The translations under genes and the position numbers were made by a program. DNA of 64,000 bases from the NCBI GenBank assembly GCA_046759385.1, contig JBHICC010000006.1, forward strand, positions 10,721 to 74,720, in the 5' to 3' direction. The stretch is from Acidiferrobacterales bacterium (GTDB lineage: Bacteria; Pseudomonadota; Gammaproteobacteria; Acidiferrobacterales; SPGG2). Positions 10,996 to 19,965 of this stretch are shown one piece after another. Below the pieces are notes generated by a model. That model ran no database searches. It worked only from the letters and a program-made list of their open reading frames with translations, and was not told where the DNA came from. How positions within the stretch are numbered: the stretch's first letter is position 1; every line of letters begins with the position of its first letter.

Positions 10996-12342
10996 ATGAA
11001 TAACGCATCAGATATCGCCACAAAGCAAGAGTCGTTAACCGGTCTAGTGGGCAAGATTCTGCAGGAGGCGCAGCGTCAAGGCGCGAGCGCAGCGGAGGCC
11101 GCTGTTAGCATGGGTGAGGGTCTGTCTGTGACGGTTCGTCTCGGTGAGGTCGAGACCGTCGAGCATAATCGCGACCGCGATCTGGGGTTGACGGTGTATT
11201 TCGGACAGAGGAGCGGCTCTGCCAGCACGTCAGATTTCGGTGACGCCGCTATCGCTGACACTGCGCGCGCGGCCTGCTCGATAGCAAAGTACATAGCCGC
11301 AGACGAGTGTGCCGGCCTCGCTGACCCCGAGCGACTGGCTCAAGATCTGCCTGAACTGGATTTATACCACCCCTGGCGCCCGGGTACCGACGAGGCGATT
11401 GAGTTAGCGCGTAACTGCGAGGACGCTGGGCGCAAGGTTGACCGCAAGATTAAGAACTCCGAGGGAGCCACGGTCTCCACTCAAGAAGGAGTGGACGTGT
11501 ACGGCAATACTAACGGTTTCTTGGGTGTGATACCTACTACGCGCCACAGCATGAGCTGCAGCGTAATTGCCCAAACAAACGGCGACGGGATGCAAAGAGA
11601 TTATTGGTATTCTGTGGCGCGTGATGCAGCCGATCTTGAGACCGGGCGAGAGGTAGGCGAGATGGCGGGCCGTCGGGCACTGCGGCGTTTAGGTGCACGC
11701 AAGCTCAGTACGCGTGAGATCCCAGTTATCTATGAGGCGCCGATCGCGAGTTCGCTGCTGTCGCATTTCGTTGGCGCCGTGCGGGGAGCCAGCCTTTATC
11801 GCGAGGCATCGTTTCTCCTCGATCACGTCGGAAAGTCGGTGTTTGCTAATCACGTGCGCATTTTTGAGCAACCACATTTAAAGAAGGCGCTGGGGAGCAC
11901 ACCGTTTGACAACGAAGGTGTAGCGACATCAGAGAGTGATCTTGTTACGGACGGCGTGCTACAACGCTATGTACTTGATTCGTACTCGGCACGCAAGCTT
12001 GGCTTGCAAACGACCGGTAATGCCGGCGGTGTTCACAATCTAACCGTCGTCTCAGGGCAGCACGATCTCGGAGGGCTGTTACGCGAAATGCACGCGGGCT
12101 TGCTAGTTACTGAACTGATCGGTTTCGGCGTGAATATTGTCACGGGCGACTACTCAAGAGGGGCTGCTGGTTTTTGGGTTGAGGGTGGTGAAATTCAATA
12201 TCCAGTCGAAGAGATCACGATCGCCGGCAACCTTAAGGATATGTACATGGGAATACTTGCCGTGGGCAAGGATGTCGACACCCGGGGTAATATACGGAGT
12301 GGCTCGATACTTGTCGGGAATATGACAGTCGCTGGGAGCTAG
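10996..12342 (+). CDS. pmbA: metalloprotease PmbA (TldE)
   Basis: 448 aa from ATG 10996, a TldD/PmbA-family partner placed directly after tldD. Confidence 0.88.
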   Translation: MNNASDIATKQESLTGLVGKILQEAQRQGASAAEAAVSMGEGLSVTVRLGEVETVEHNRDRDLGLTVYFGQRSGSASTSDFGDAAIADTARAACSIAKYIAADECAGLADPERLAQDLPELDLYHPWRPGTDEAIELARNCEDAGRKVDRKIKNSEGATVSTQEGVDVYGNTNGFLGVIPTTRHSMSCSVIAQTNGDGMQRDYWYSVARDAADLETGREVGEMAGRRALRRLGARKLSTREIPVIYEAPIASSLLSHFVGAVRGASLYREASFLLDHVGKSVFANHVRIFEQPHLKKALGSTPFDNEGVATSESDLVTDGVLQRYVLDSYSARKLGLQTTGNAGGVHNLTVVSGQHDLGGLLREMHAGLLVTELIGFGVNIVTGDYSRGAAGFWVEGGEIQYPVEEITIAGNLKDMYMGILAVGKDVDTRGNIRSGSILVGNMTVAGS

Positions 12343-12559
12343 CCGCCGGCCAATCATCTGCCGCCTTCCTTAACTCCCAAGGCAGCTCGGAGGAGAGCGG
12401 CTTTGTCTTCCCTATCGAACTAACAAGCGGGCGCTCTTTGTCGTCCATCCGCTCCCGCCGAGGCCTTTGTCGACCCCAGTATCGTTGTTGACCACTGTCG
12501 GTTTCGCCGACGGCCTGTGAATTCGTATCTATCGTCACGCCAGAAAGTGGGCCGCCCAA

Positions 12560-12568
12560 TGTTAGAAT
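12560..12568 (+). promoter_or_regulatory. candidate extended -10 promoter element for mgtE (TGtTAGAAT)
   Basis: TGTTAGAAT lies about 50 nt upstream of the mgtE ATG. I found no convincing -35. Confidence 0.3.
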
Positions 12569-12617
12569 GCTTGCCCCGGCCACTGCGAAGAAATAGAAAA
12601 TCCGTCTGACAAAAACC

Positions 12618-13973
12618 ATGACAACAGCATCGTCGCAAGAGCACTCCGATACCATCAAGGACGTGATCGACGCGTTGGAAAACGGCCGTGTCGAACAGAT
12701 CAGCCGCATTCTGGCAGATCTCCACCCAGCCGATATTGGCCATCTGCTCGAAGCGATTCCGCCTGACCAACGTCTCGAGCTTTGGCGTCAAGTCGATCCT
12801 CAGATAATGGGCGAGGCTCTGCTTGAAGTTCCTGAAGAGGTGCGGACTGACCTGCTTGAGGCGATGGACCATGCATCCCTGATCACCGCAGTTCAGGCCC
12901 TCGATACGGACGACGTTGCCGACCTCTTGCCAGAGTTATCAGCCGAAGCTACCGCCGAGATCTTGTTTTTTATGGACAAACAGGATCGGCAGCGGCTGGA
13001 CGCGGTCTTGTCTTATCCTCAGGACACAGCTGGTGGCCTCATGAATGTGGATGCTGTGACTGTGAGGGAGAACATCAGCTTGCAGGTGGTATTCCGCTAT
13101 CTACGACTCCGGGGAGAACTTCCCGAGAACATGAACGAATTGTACGTCGTCGATAAGGCGCACCGCCTGGTCGGCACGTTGCCGATAGCAAAGATGCTAA
13201 CCACGGATCCAAAGGGGCTAGTGAGTGAAGCGATGGACGGGCAGCCTTTTAGGTTTCTCGCGCTCACGCCAGACAAGGAGGTCGCTACCGGCTTTGAGGA
13301 CTACGATTTGGTTACAGCACCTGTTGTCGACGACGACGGCAAGTTGGTAGGCCGCATTACGGTGGACGATGTCGTCGACGTTATTCGTGAGGAAGCGGAT
13401 CACTCATTGATGGCACCAGCTGGTCTAAGCGATGAGGTCGATATCTTAGGCCCAGTGGCCCGTAGCGCGCGAAACCGGGCATTATGGCTCGGAGTAAACC
13501 TGATCACAGCCATCATTGCTTCGGTGGTGATTGGGCTATTCGAGGGGACCATAGAGAAAGTGGTCGCACTTGCCGTGCTCATGCCAATCGTTGCCAGCAT
13601 GGGCGGTAACGCGGGGACTCAGACCGTGACTCTAGTGGTGCGCGGGTTGGCATTAGGGACGATTACCGATGCCAATGCACGCAGAGTGCTGACGAAAGAA
13701 CTGTTGGTTGGTGTTTTGAACAGCATGCTGTGGGCATTTATTGTTGCGCTCGTAGCTGTTGTGTGGTTCAAACATCTTGGCCTTGGACTGGTGATCGCGC
13801 TGGCGATGGTCATTAATTTACTGTTCGCTGCGTTGGCGGGGGTGATCATCCCTGTTACGGTCCGCCGGTTCGGTATCGATCCGGCGCTGGCGAGCGGTGT
13901 AGCACTGACTACCGTCACCGACGTTGTCGGGTTCTTCGCTTTCTTGGGGCTCGCCACCGTGTTTCTAATTTGA
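12618..13973 (+). CDS. mgtE: magnesium transporter MgtE
   Basis: 451 aa with an N-domain, a CBS pair and a C-terminal multi-TM domain (MPIVASMGGNAGTQT). Confidence 0.92.
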   Translation: MTTASSQEHSDTIKDVIDALENGRVEQISRILADLHPADIGHLLEAIPPDQRLELWRQVDPQIMGEALLEVPEEVRTDLLEAMDHASLITAVQALDTDDVADLLPELSAEATAEILFFMDKQDRQRLDAVLSYPQDTAGGLMNVDAVTVRENISLQVVFRYLRLRGELPENMNELYVVDKAHRLVGTLPIAKMLTTDPKGLVSEAMDGQPFRFLALTPDKEVATGFEDYDLVTAPVVDDDGKLVGRITVDDVVDVIREEADHSLMAPAGLSDEVDILGPVARSARNRALWLGVNLITAIIASVVIGLFEGTIEKVVALAVLMPIVASMGGNAGTQTVTLVVRGLALGTITDANARRVLTKELLVGVLNSMLWAFIVALVAVVWFKHLGLGLVIALAMVINLLFAALAGVIIPVTVRRFGIDPALASGVALTTVTDVVGFFAFLGLATVFLI

Positions 13974-14103
13974 CCTCGATGACCGTCCTACTCTTGTTAA
14001 CTAGATCAGTAATCCGGCAGAGAGGCACGGCTCATTCCCTCCAGCCGACCCTTCATCCGCTAAACTTGCTGTGATGAGGTTTTTGTGATTCTCTGAACAT
14101 AGA

Positions 14104-14511
14104 ATGGTACCTAATGGTCTGAAACTACTTAAGAAAGCCGTCCAGGAGTGTCGCTGCCTGGCCGTGCGCTATGGCGACAAAGAAGGGGTGCGGGTGGTGG
14201 AGCCGCATGCCGTCTATGCCGACGATCACGGTGAGGTCGTGGTGGATTGCTTTCAGACCCGCGGCCATTCTTCATCGGGGAGACAACCGCCGTTCTGGCG
14301 GCCACTGCGGCTTAAGAAGATCTCCGCGCTATCGCTGCTTAAGCAACACTTCGCGCCACGCGTAGAGGAGGGATTTAGTGCCGAAAAGCCCAGATACAAG
14401 CGCGGGCTGATTGCCATCGTCGATGATGGCAGGCCAACTTTTCTATACTCGGCCGAGGCCCTGCGCGAGATGGGTCCGTTCCTCCCCGAAGACATGCGCA
14501 AGTATCACTAA
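14104..14511 (+). CDS. hypothetical protein, stand-alone WYL-like domain
   Basis: 135 aa. The pattern CLAVRYGD..GVRVVEPHAVY...VVVDCFQ......FWRPLRLKKISALSLL.QHF follows the WYL-domain layout (..Y....R.veP........R.FRl.RI..l..l...F). Confidence 0.5.
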   Translation: MVPNGLKLLKKAVQECRCLAVRYGDKEGVRVVEPHAVYADDHGEVVVDCFQTRGHSSSGRQPPFWRPLRLKKISALSLLKQHFAPRVEEGFSAEKPRYKRGLIAIVDDGRPTFLYSAEALREMGPFLPEDMRKYH

Positions 14512-14617
14512 CTAGTAGATACTTATCAGGCGCCGCTCGGCGCATCATTCACCTCGTCAAACATACTATGTAGTTCATCCCCTGCGATGTCGTCTCGCGT
14601 AAAAATCAGCACGCCAA

Positions 14618-15472
14618 TCATCCGATCTCGCGATCCCTTATCTGCGTGGTTACTCCTTTCTTACTGAAGTGCTCGGCCAGCTTCCGAACAATGTACACGG
14701 ACCGATGTTGTCCGCCGGTGCAACCGATCGCGACCGTCATGTAGCTGCGAGGCTCGCGCTCAAAATAGGGTAACCACTCCTCGAGGAACTTGCATATATG
14801 GTCGAGCATTTTGTCGGTCTCAGGGTGGCGTTCCAGAAATTCGACTACTGGGCCGTCAATACCCGTGAACTTTCGCAGTTCGGCCTCCCAATAGGGATTG
14901 GGCAAACACCGCACGTCAAAGACGAAATCGGCGTCTAAGGGCGTGCCGTGCTTGAACCCGAACGACTCAAACAGCACGGTAATGCCTTCAGTTTCCGAAG
15001 TGCCGGCGAAATCGTGCATCTGCTGACGCAGTTCGTAGGGGGTGGTGTGGGTCGTGTCGATGCGCAACACGGCCGCAAAAGAGATTGGTTCGAGCAACTG
15101 CTTTTCGAGCTGAATCCCCTCTAGCAGCGAAGTGTTCTCGTCCGTCAGGGGGTGTTTGCGGCGCGTTTGTTTGAACCGCTTGACGAGCACTGTTTCCTCG
15201 GCTTCGAGGAAAACGATCCGGTAGCGAATCCCCAGCGCTTGTAACGATTTCAAACTCGCGGGGACGTCATCAAGGAAAGCTCGATTACGTGCGTCTATAC
15301 CTACGGCGACATTCCTTAGCGAGTCGCTCTGTGTATCAACGACCTGCTTGGCAACATGGGACAACATGGCAGCTGGGAGATTGTCGATGCAGTAGAAGCC
15401 CATGTCTTCTAGGGCTTGCAACGCGATGCTCTTCCCAGAACCCGAGAGCCCGCTGATAATGAAAAACGTCAT
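14618..15472 (-). CDS. rapZ: RNase adapter protein RapZ (YhbJ)
   Basis: 284 aa. Walker A is GLSGSGKS, and the C-terminal CTGGQHRSV motif is present. It lies in the rpoN operon context. Confidence 0.93.
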   Translation of the reverse strand: MTFFIISGLSGSGKSIALQALEDMGFYCIDNLPAAMLSHVAKQVVDTQSDSLRNVAVGIDARNRAFLDDVPASLKSLQALGIRYRIVFLEAEETVLVKRFKQTRRKHPLTDENTSLLEGIQLEKQLLEPISFAAVLRIDTTHTTPYELRQQMHDFAGTSETEGITVLFESFGFKHGTPLDADFVFDVRCLPNPYWEAELRKFTGIDGPVVEFLERHPETDKMLDHICKFLEEWLPYFEREPRSYMTVAIGCTGGQHRSVYIVRKLAEHFSKKGVTTQIRDREIG

Positions 15473-15645
15473 CTCTGCTTCGATCTAGAAATGATCGCCT
15501 GCTGTTTCTGCATGAAATCGTTCATCGAATTAATGCCCCGCATCTGCAGAATACAGCGCGTGTCGCCGATTCCAAGAGCAGCGCCAGATTGCCCGCTGCG
15601 CAACGAACAGGACAACCTACCGGGTACCTTGCCCGCTGCGCGACG
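15469..15645 (-). pseudogene. hprK: remnant of HPr kinase/phosphorylase gene (C-terminal ~50 codons only)
   Basis: The 58-codon frame between the ptsN stop and the rapZ ATG reads ...SGQSGAALGIGDTRCILQMRGINSMNDFMQKQQAIISRSKQR-stop. This resembles the HprK C-terminus (..PGRN.A...E.A..N..L...GIN...EF...L). The stop overlaps the rapZ ATG (ATGA). There is no credible start and no kinase P-loop. Confidence 0.5.
15589..15641. repeat. 13-bp perfect direct repeat TTGCCCGCTGCGC (two copies, 40 bp apart)
   Basis: Copies lie at 15589-15601 and 15629-15641, inside the hprK remnant just downstream of the ptsN stop. Confidence 0.8.
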
Positions 15646-16128
15646 TCAGCCGACCTTACGGTTGGTCACATCGTTGCAGTTCGTGAGCAAGTGATAGATT
15701 TCTTGGGAGCTTTTGGCGCCCAAAAGCCTGTCGCACAGATCCTGATCCCGGAGGATGGTAGCAAGCGCGGCCAGCGCTCGTAGATGCTCTTCGTTGGTAT
15801 CTTCAGGGACGAGCAGGGCGAAAACCATTTTGATCGGTTCGCCATCCAGCGCGTCGTAGTCGATATCCTGCGCGAGCGTGGCGAAGGCTCCGACCGGCTT
15901 CTTCAGTCCCTTTACCCTCCCATGCGGGAGAGCCACACCGTTCCCTATACAGGTGCTGCCGAGGCGCTCTCGTTCAACGAGCGAATGAAATACCGTGTCT
16001 TGATCAAGATCCACCTCATCATCGCGCAACAACGTACTGATCTTTTCGAACACACGCTTTTTGCTCGATACGGACATGCACGAGGTGATCCGTTCTGGCG
16101 TAATAATGTCACGAATCTGCATATACAA
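15646..16128 (-). CDS. ptsN: nitrogen-related PTS enzyme IIA (EIIA-Ntr)
   Basis: 160 aa. The phosphorylatable His context GNGVALPHGR is present. It follows hpf and rpoN. Confidence 0.9.
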   Translation of the reverse strand: MYMQIRDIITPERITSCMSVSSKKRVFEKISTLLRDDEVDLDQDTVFHSLVERERLGSTCIGNGVALPHGRVKGLKKPVGAFATLAQDIDYDALDGEPIKMVFALLVPEDTNEEHLRALAALATILRDQDLCDRLLGAKSSQEIYHLLTNCNDVTNRKVG

Positions 16129-16190
16129 AAGTTTACATGCTTATTGTTTGTACAAATGGGAAGGCACCCTAACATTGTCTTGAACCGTCC

Positions 16191-16520
16191 CTACGCGCTT
16201 TTCGGTTTTTTGACACCCTTGTCATTTCGATGATGATTCGTTGTAGTCTTTTCCTTATGTTTTAAGATTTGACGATCGAGTTTGTCAGCTAGGAAGTCGA
16301 TCGCTGCGTACATAGTATCGCCTTCTGCGTTCGCATGTAGCGTAGCACCCCTAGTATGAATCGTTGCCTCTGCCTTGTGCCGGTTCTTTTCGACATGTAA
16401 GACGACGTTGGTCTTAGTTACGTGATCAAAGTGTCGTTGGATGCGTCCCAATTTGGCGGACGCGTAGTTGCGTAGAGGTTCCGTAATGAGCATCTGTTGA
16501 CCGCTCACGGTGATCTGCAT
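16191..16520 (-). CDS. hpf: ribosome hibernation promoting factor (sigma-54 modulation protein)
   Basis: 109 aa, MQITVSGQQMLITEPLRNYA..., directly downstream of rpoN. Confidence 0.9.
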   Translation of the reverse strand: MQITVSGQQMLITEPLRNYASAKLGRIQRHFDHVTKTNVVLHVEKNRHKAEATIHTRGATLHANAEGDTMYAAIDFLADKLDRQILKHKEKTTTNHHRNDKGVKKPKSA

Positions 16521-16537
16521 CGATGTTTCTCCGATTC

Positions 16538-18022
16538 TTAAATGAGCGATTTTCTCTGATTGGAGGGCGGGATGTTCATAGATTCACGATACTTCGCTAC
16601 CGTACGTCTTGCAACGTTTATACCTTGTTCCTCGAGGATCTTGGCGATCTTGCTGTCGCTGATTGGTTTGGACGATGGCTCATTCTCGATCAGTTTTTTT
16701 ATCAGCGAGCGAATCGCGGTGGCGGAGCAGGTTCCTCCGTCGGCCGTGCTAACGTGACTCGAGAAGAAATACTTCAGCTCAAAGATACCTCTCGGGCTGA
16801 GCATATATTTGCTCGTCGTCACGCGAGATATGGTTGATTCATGCATTCCCACAGATTCGGCGATGTCATGCAGTACCAGCGGTTTCATCGCTTCGGGTCC
16901 ATGTTCAAAGAAAGCGCGTTGGCGGTCCACAATCGTGCGGGCGACTTTAAGCAGTGTGTCGTTCCGGCTGTTAAGGCTTTTGATGAACCAGCGCGCCTGC
17001 TGCAACTGATCCTGTAGATACTTATTGTCCGCGCTGGTATCCCCACGGGTGATAAGTTTTTCGTATTCTCTGTTAATCCGCAAACGCGGAGAAACGTCGC
17101 TGTTCATCTCAGCGCGCCAAACGCCTCTGTATTTTCGCACGATAATGTCTGGGACGATGTAGTTAGTCTGTGCTGCCTGTACGCGCGCACCGGGCCGCGG
17201 ATTGAGTCCCCTTATTAGCAACACAGCCTGCTGCAGGTCTTCCTGCTTAAACTTGGTCTGACGGCGTAGCTGGGTATAGTCGCGGTTAGCTAACAGCGTT
17301 AGGTACTCTGGGCGTGCAAGCGCATGTGCTTGCTGTAAGTAGGGTGTAGTGGGATCCATTGTGCGAAGCTGAAGTCGCAAGCACTCGCTAAGATCTCGTG
17401 CGGCCACACCGGCAGGATCGAAGTTTTGGACCTGGTGAAGAACGGCCCCAATTTCATCCAGTTCCATTTCTTCTCCCTTGTCCAAAATTTGTCTGATCTC
17501 TTCCAGTGTGCAGGTGAGGTATCCGTCCTCGTTTATAGAATCGATAATCGCAAGCGCGATCTCTCGATCTGAGTCTGAAAACGGAGTCATCTGCATCTGC
17601 CAATGCAGGTGATCTCGCAGGGTCAGTGGCCGGCTGTTGCGAGCATCAATGTCGGGCAGATCGTCGCCGTCAACCCGCGACGCACCAGCCGTCGGAACGT
17701 CATAGGTATCGCCCCAATCCGTGTCACCGCCAGCGGCATCGTCGAGGTCCCGGCGGTCCATTTCCATGTCAGTGGGCTGCAGCGAGCCACTTTCTGGCAA
17801 CATGTTATCGCCCTGCTGTTCAACGTCAGACGATGAGTTGTCTGCCTTTTGCTCAGAGGGCTCGTCTTGACTCTCTTCGAGCAGCGGATTGGTTTCTAGT
17901 GCCTCTTGGATCTCTTGCTGGAGTTCTATAGAGGATAACTGCAGCAGACGTATCGCCTGCTGCAGCTGCGGCGTGATCGTCAGGTGCTGACCTAGCTGTA
18001 GATCTAGGGACTGCTTCATCAA
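16538..18022 (-). CDS. rpoN: RNA polymerase sigma-54 factor
   Basis: 494 aa. N-terminal LQLSSIELQQEIQEALETNPLLE, an acidic region II, and the C-terminal RpoN box ARRTVAKYR. Confidence 0.95.
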   Translation of the reverse strand: MMKQSLDLQLGQHLTITPQLQQAIRLLQLSSIELQQEIQEALETNPLLEESQDEPSEQKADNSSSDVEQQGDNMLPESGSLQPTDMEMDRRDLDDAAGGDTDWGDTYDVPTAGASRVDGDDLPDIDARNSRPLTLRDHLHWQMQMTPFSDSDREIALAIIDSINEDGYLTCTLEEIRQILDKGEEMELDEIGAVLHQVQNFDPAGVAARDLSECLRLQLRTMDPTTPYLQQAHALARPEYLTLLANRDYTQLRRQTKFKQEDLQQAVLLIRGLNPRPGARVQAAQTNYIVPDIIVRKYRGVWRAEMNSDVSPRLRINREYEKLITRGDTSADNKYLQDQLQQARWFIKSLNSRNDTLLKVARTIVDRQRAFFEHGPEAMKPLVLHDIAESVGMHESTISRVTTSKYMLSPRGIFELKYFFSSHVSTADGGTCSATAIRSLIKKLIENEPSSKPISDSKIAKILEEQGINVARRTVAKYRESMNIPPSNQRKSLI

Positions 18023-18202
18023 GTGAAACCTAGCGTATCGCCAACTGGTCTTTGGTCAGGTTCAAACCTTTTCGTTCGCTAATGCTATTGAATTTTAGTC
18101 CAGTTCCCTCCGGACTTGTCTACACCTGCGCGTAGGTTCGTTTTGCCGGTCCATGGTAAAAGGGGCGGGACTTGCGCCAACGAGCGCACCTGCGCGCAAC
18201 CT

Positions 18203-18928
18203 TTAGAGCCGGAAGTCGTCCCCGAGATAGACTTTCCGGACACTTTCATTATATAGGATATCCTGTGGGGTGCCCGCCGTCAGGACCTGTCCGTCACTGA
18301 GAATATAGGCCCGGTCACAGATCTTCAGCGTTTCCCGCACGTTGTGGTCGGTGATTAACACACCGATCCCGAGCTCCTGTAAGTGTCTGATTAACTGTTG
18401 AATCTCTACAATCGAGATCGGGTCTACCCCTGCAAACGGCTCGTCAAGCAACATAAAGCATGGCTCGCTCGCGAGTGCGCGCGCGATCTCCACCCGCCTA
18501 CGCTCGCCGCCAGATAAGCTAACGCCGAGAGACTCGCGCCGATCAGTGATACTGAGTTCTTGTAACAATTGCTCTAATCGCTCGGCCCGCTGTTCTTTCT
18601 TTAAGTCTTCGCGTGTCTCGAGTATCGCGAGAATGTTTTCTTCAACTGTGAGTCTACGAAATACTGACGGTTCCTGAGGGAGGTACCCTAACCCGAGCTT
18701 GGCACGTTTGTGCATCGGCAGCTGGCTGATGGACGCACCATCAAGCTTGATCTCGCCACTGTCCATGGGAATCAGGCCCACGATCATATAAAAGCATGTT
18801 GTCTTGCCAGCGCCGTTAGGCCCAAGCAGACCAACTGCATCGCCAGTATTTATGTCCAACGATACATCATCGACAACGCGCCGCCCTTTATACTGTTTGC
18901 CGAGGTGTAAAGCCGACAGCGTGCTCAC
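18203..18928 (-). CDS. lptB: LPS export ABC transporter ATP-binding protein
   Basis: 241 aa. Walker A is GPNGAGKTT and the signature is LSGGERRR. It lies between lptA and rpoN. Confidence 0.95.
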   Translation of the reverse strand: MSTLSALHLGKQYKGRRVVDDVSLDINTGDAVGLLGPNGAGKTTCFYMIVGLIPMDSGEIKLDGASISQLPMHKRAKLGLGYLPQEPSVFRRLTVEENILAILETREDLKKEQRAERLEQLLQELSITDRRESLGVSLSGGERRRVEIARALASEPCFMLLDEPFAGVDPISIVEIQQLIRHLQELGIGVLITDHNVRETLKICDRAYILSDGQVLTAGTPQDILYNESVRKVYLGDDFRL

Positions 18929-19470
18929 TTCTTCTTGGCTCGGCTCTTGGCGGCGCTTTTGGGTCGACCTTGCGGTGCGAGAAATATAGAGCAGCGGCGT
19001 TGTTCCTTCACACCTGTGGCAACGACCTTCCGTGTCTTCAAATCATAGTTGAGTTCAGGACAACGAAGTTCGGAGCCACGCTGCTGTAGCCTGACATTAC
19101 CAAACATGTCCAGCTTCCCGGCGATGACGTAGTACTTAAGGCGATCCGACGTCGCATGCATAGCGTCATCGGCGTTCGCTGCTGGGCGATGGTCCACGGT
19201 CACCGGTTTGCCGAAGGCGTCGAAAGTATCGATCTCTCCTCCCTTCATCTTCGCTTTTACCAGGTCTGCTTCTATGGACAGCGCGCCATCAACCATCGAG
19301 ACGTCGCCCTTGTACACGGCAACCCCCGTCCGATCATCCATTTCTATTGTGCGGGCGTAAACTCGTATCGGTTCACCGGTGTTTCCCTCGGCAGCATTGG
19401 ACTCTGTGATCGTAACGGATACCACCAATAGTAGAAAAAGCCCTAGAATGTTCGTCTTACCGGTTTGCAT
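18925..19470 (-). CDS. lptA: LPS transport periplasmic protein LptA
   Basis: Start taken at [19 protein letters not shown] (signal peptide, ATG 19470). OstA-like body. The stop overlaps the lptB start. The ORF extension up to 19569 overlaps lptC and is not used. Confidence 0.85.
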   Translation of the reverse strand: MQTGKTNILGLFLLLVVSVTITESNAAEGNTGEPIRVYARTIEMDDRTGVAVYKGDVSMVDGALSIEADLVKAKMKGGEIDTFDAFGKPVTVDHRPAANADDAMHATSDRLKYYVIAGKLDMFGNVRLQQRGSELRCPELNYDLKTRKVVATGVKEQRRCSIFLAPQGRPKSAAKSRAKKK

Positions 19471-19505
19471 TTTTCGGTTGTGCTCTGAACTGAAATGCGA
19501 ACGCA

Positions 19506-19937
19506 TCAGTTCAATAGTATGCGCATCTCGTTGGTCGTCATTTCGGTCTGCCTTTCTGAAGAGCTCCATTCTCTAAGCATCCGCACGTTCCCGGTCATGA
19601 CGATCTCCTTTTTTTGTCTATTGAGCAAACCCAAATCGGCCCATGTGTGCACGGGTGCGCGACTGATATCGTACTGTATGAGGTGGGGGTTAGTTAACCG
19701 CGTTGTGTCATTGTGTGGATAATGCTCCATTGATTCCGCTGCCAACGTATACTTACGCATACCCTCGGCATTCATAACGGCTGCCCGGAAGTTGTCCATC
19801 GTGTAGTCGGGATCGTCGGTGCTCCTGGCAAGCAGAGGTGGTTGTCCTTCTGTAATCGTTTGTGCGAGCCACCACGACGTGAGCGCTGCGACTACCAAAA
19901 AGGTCCCTAGCAGAGCCCTTTTAAGATTCCATCTCAT
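19506..19937 (-). CDS. lptC: LPS export protein LptC, unusually short (143 aa)
   Basis: It has an N-terminal TM anchor (ALLGTFLVVAALTSWWLAQ). The body aligns with E. coli LptC residues ~40-144 (DP.Y......EG...Y.L.A......). It ends at ...TTNEMRILLN, where E. coli LptC continues for about 47 more residues. Confidence 0.75.
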   Translation of the reverse strand: MRWNLKRALLGTFLVVAALTSWWLAQTITEGQPPLLARSTDDPDYTMDNFRAAVMNAEGMRKYTLAAESMEHYPHNDTTRLTNPHLIQYDISRAPVHTWADLGLLNRQKKEIVMTGNVRMLREWSSSERQTEMTTNEMRILLN

Positions 19938-19965
19938 GCTTCGTTCCGGGTGTAAGTGAGATAGG

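Noticed and set aside
12343-12617. Possible Mg2+ (M-box) riboswitch or other leader upstream of mgtE, and the minus-strand ORFs 12233-12709 and 12420-12872.
   Set aside because: I could not find M-box-like conserved segments. A candidate extended -10 (TGTTAGAAT) at 12560-12568 would leave only a ~45-nt leader. The minus-strand ORFs overlap the ends of pmbA and mgtE and look like shadow ORFs.
19470-19569. N-terminal extension of the lptA ORF up to 19569, which would suggest an LptC-LptA fusion or a longer LptA.
   Set aside because: The extension overlaps the lptC 3' end in another frame, and the signal peptide begins at the internal ATG (19470). It is mentioned only as a possible trace of an ancestral lptC tail.
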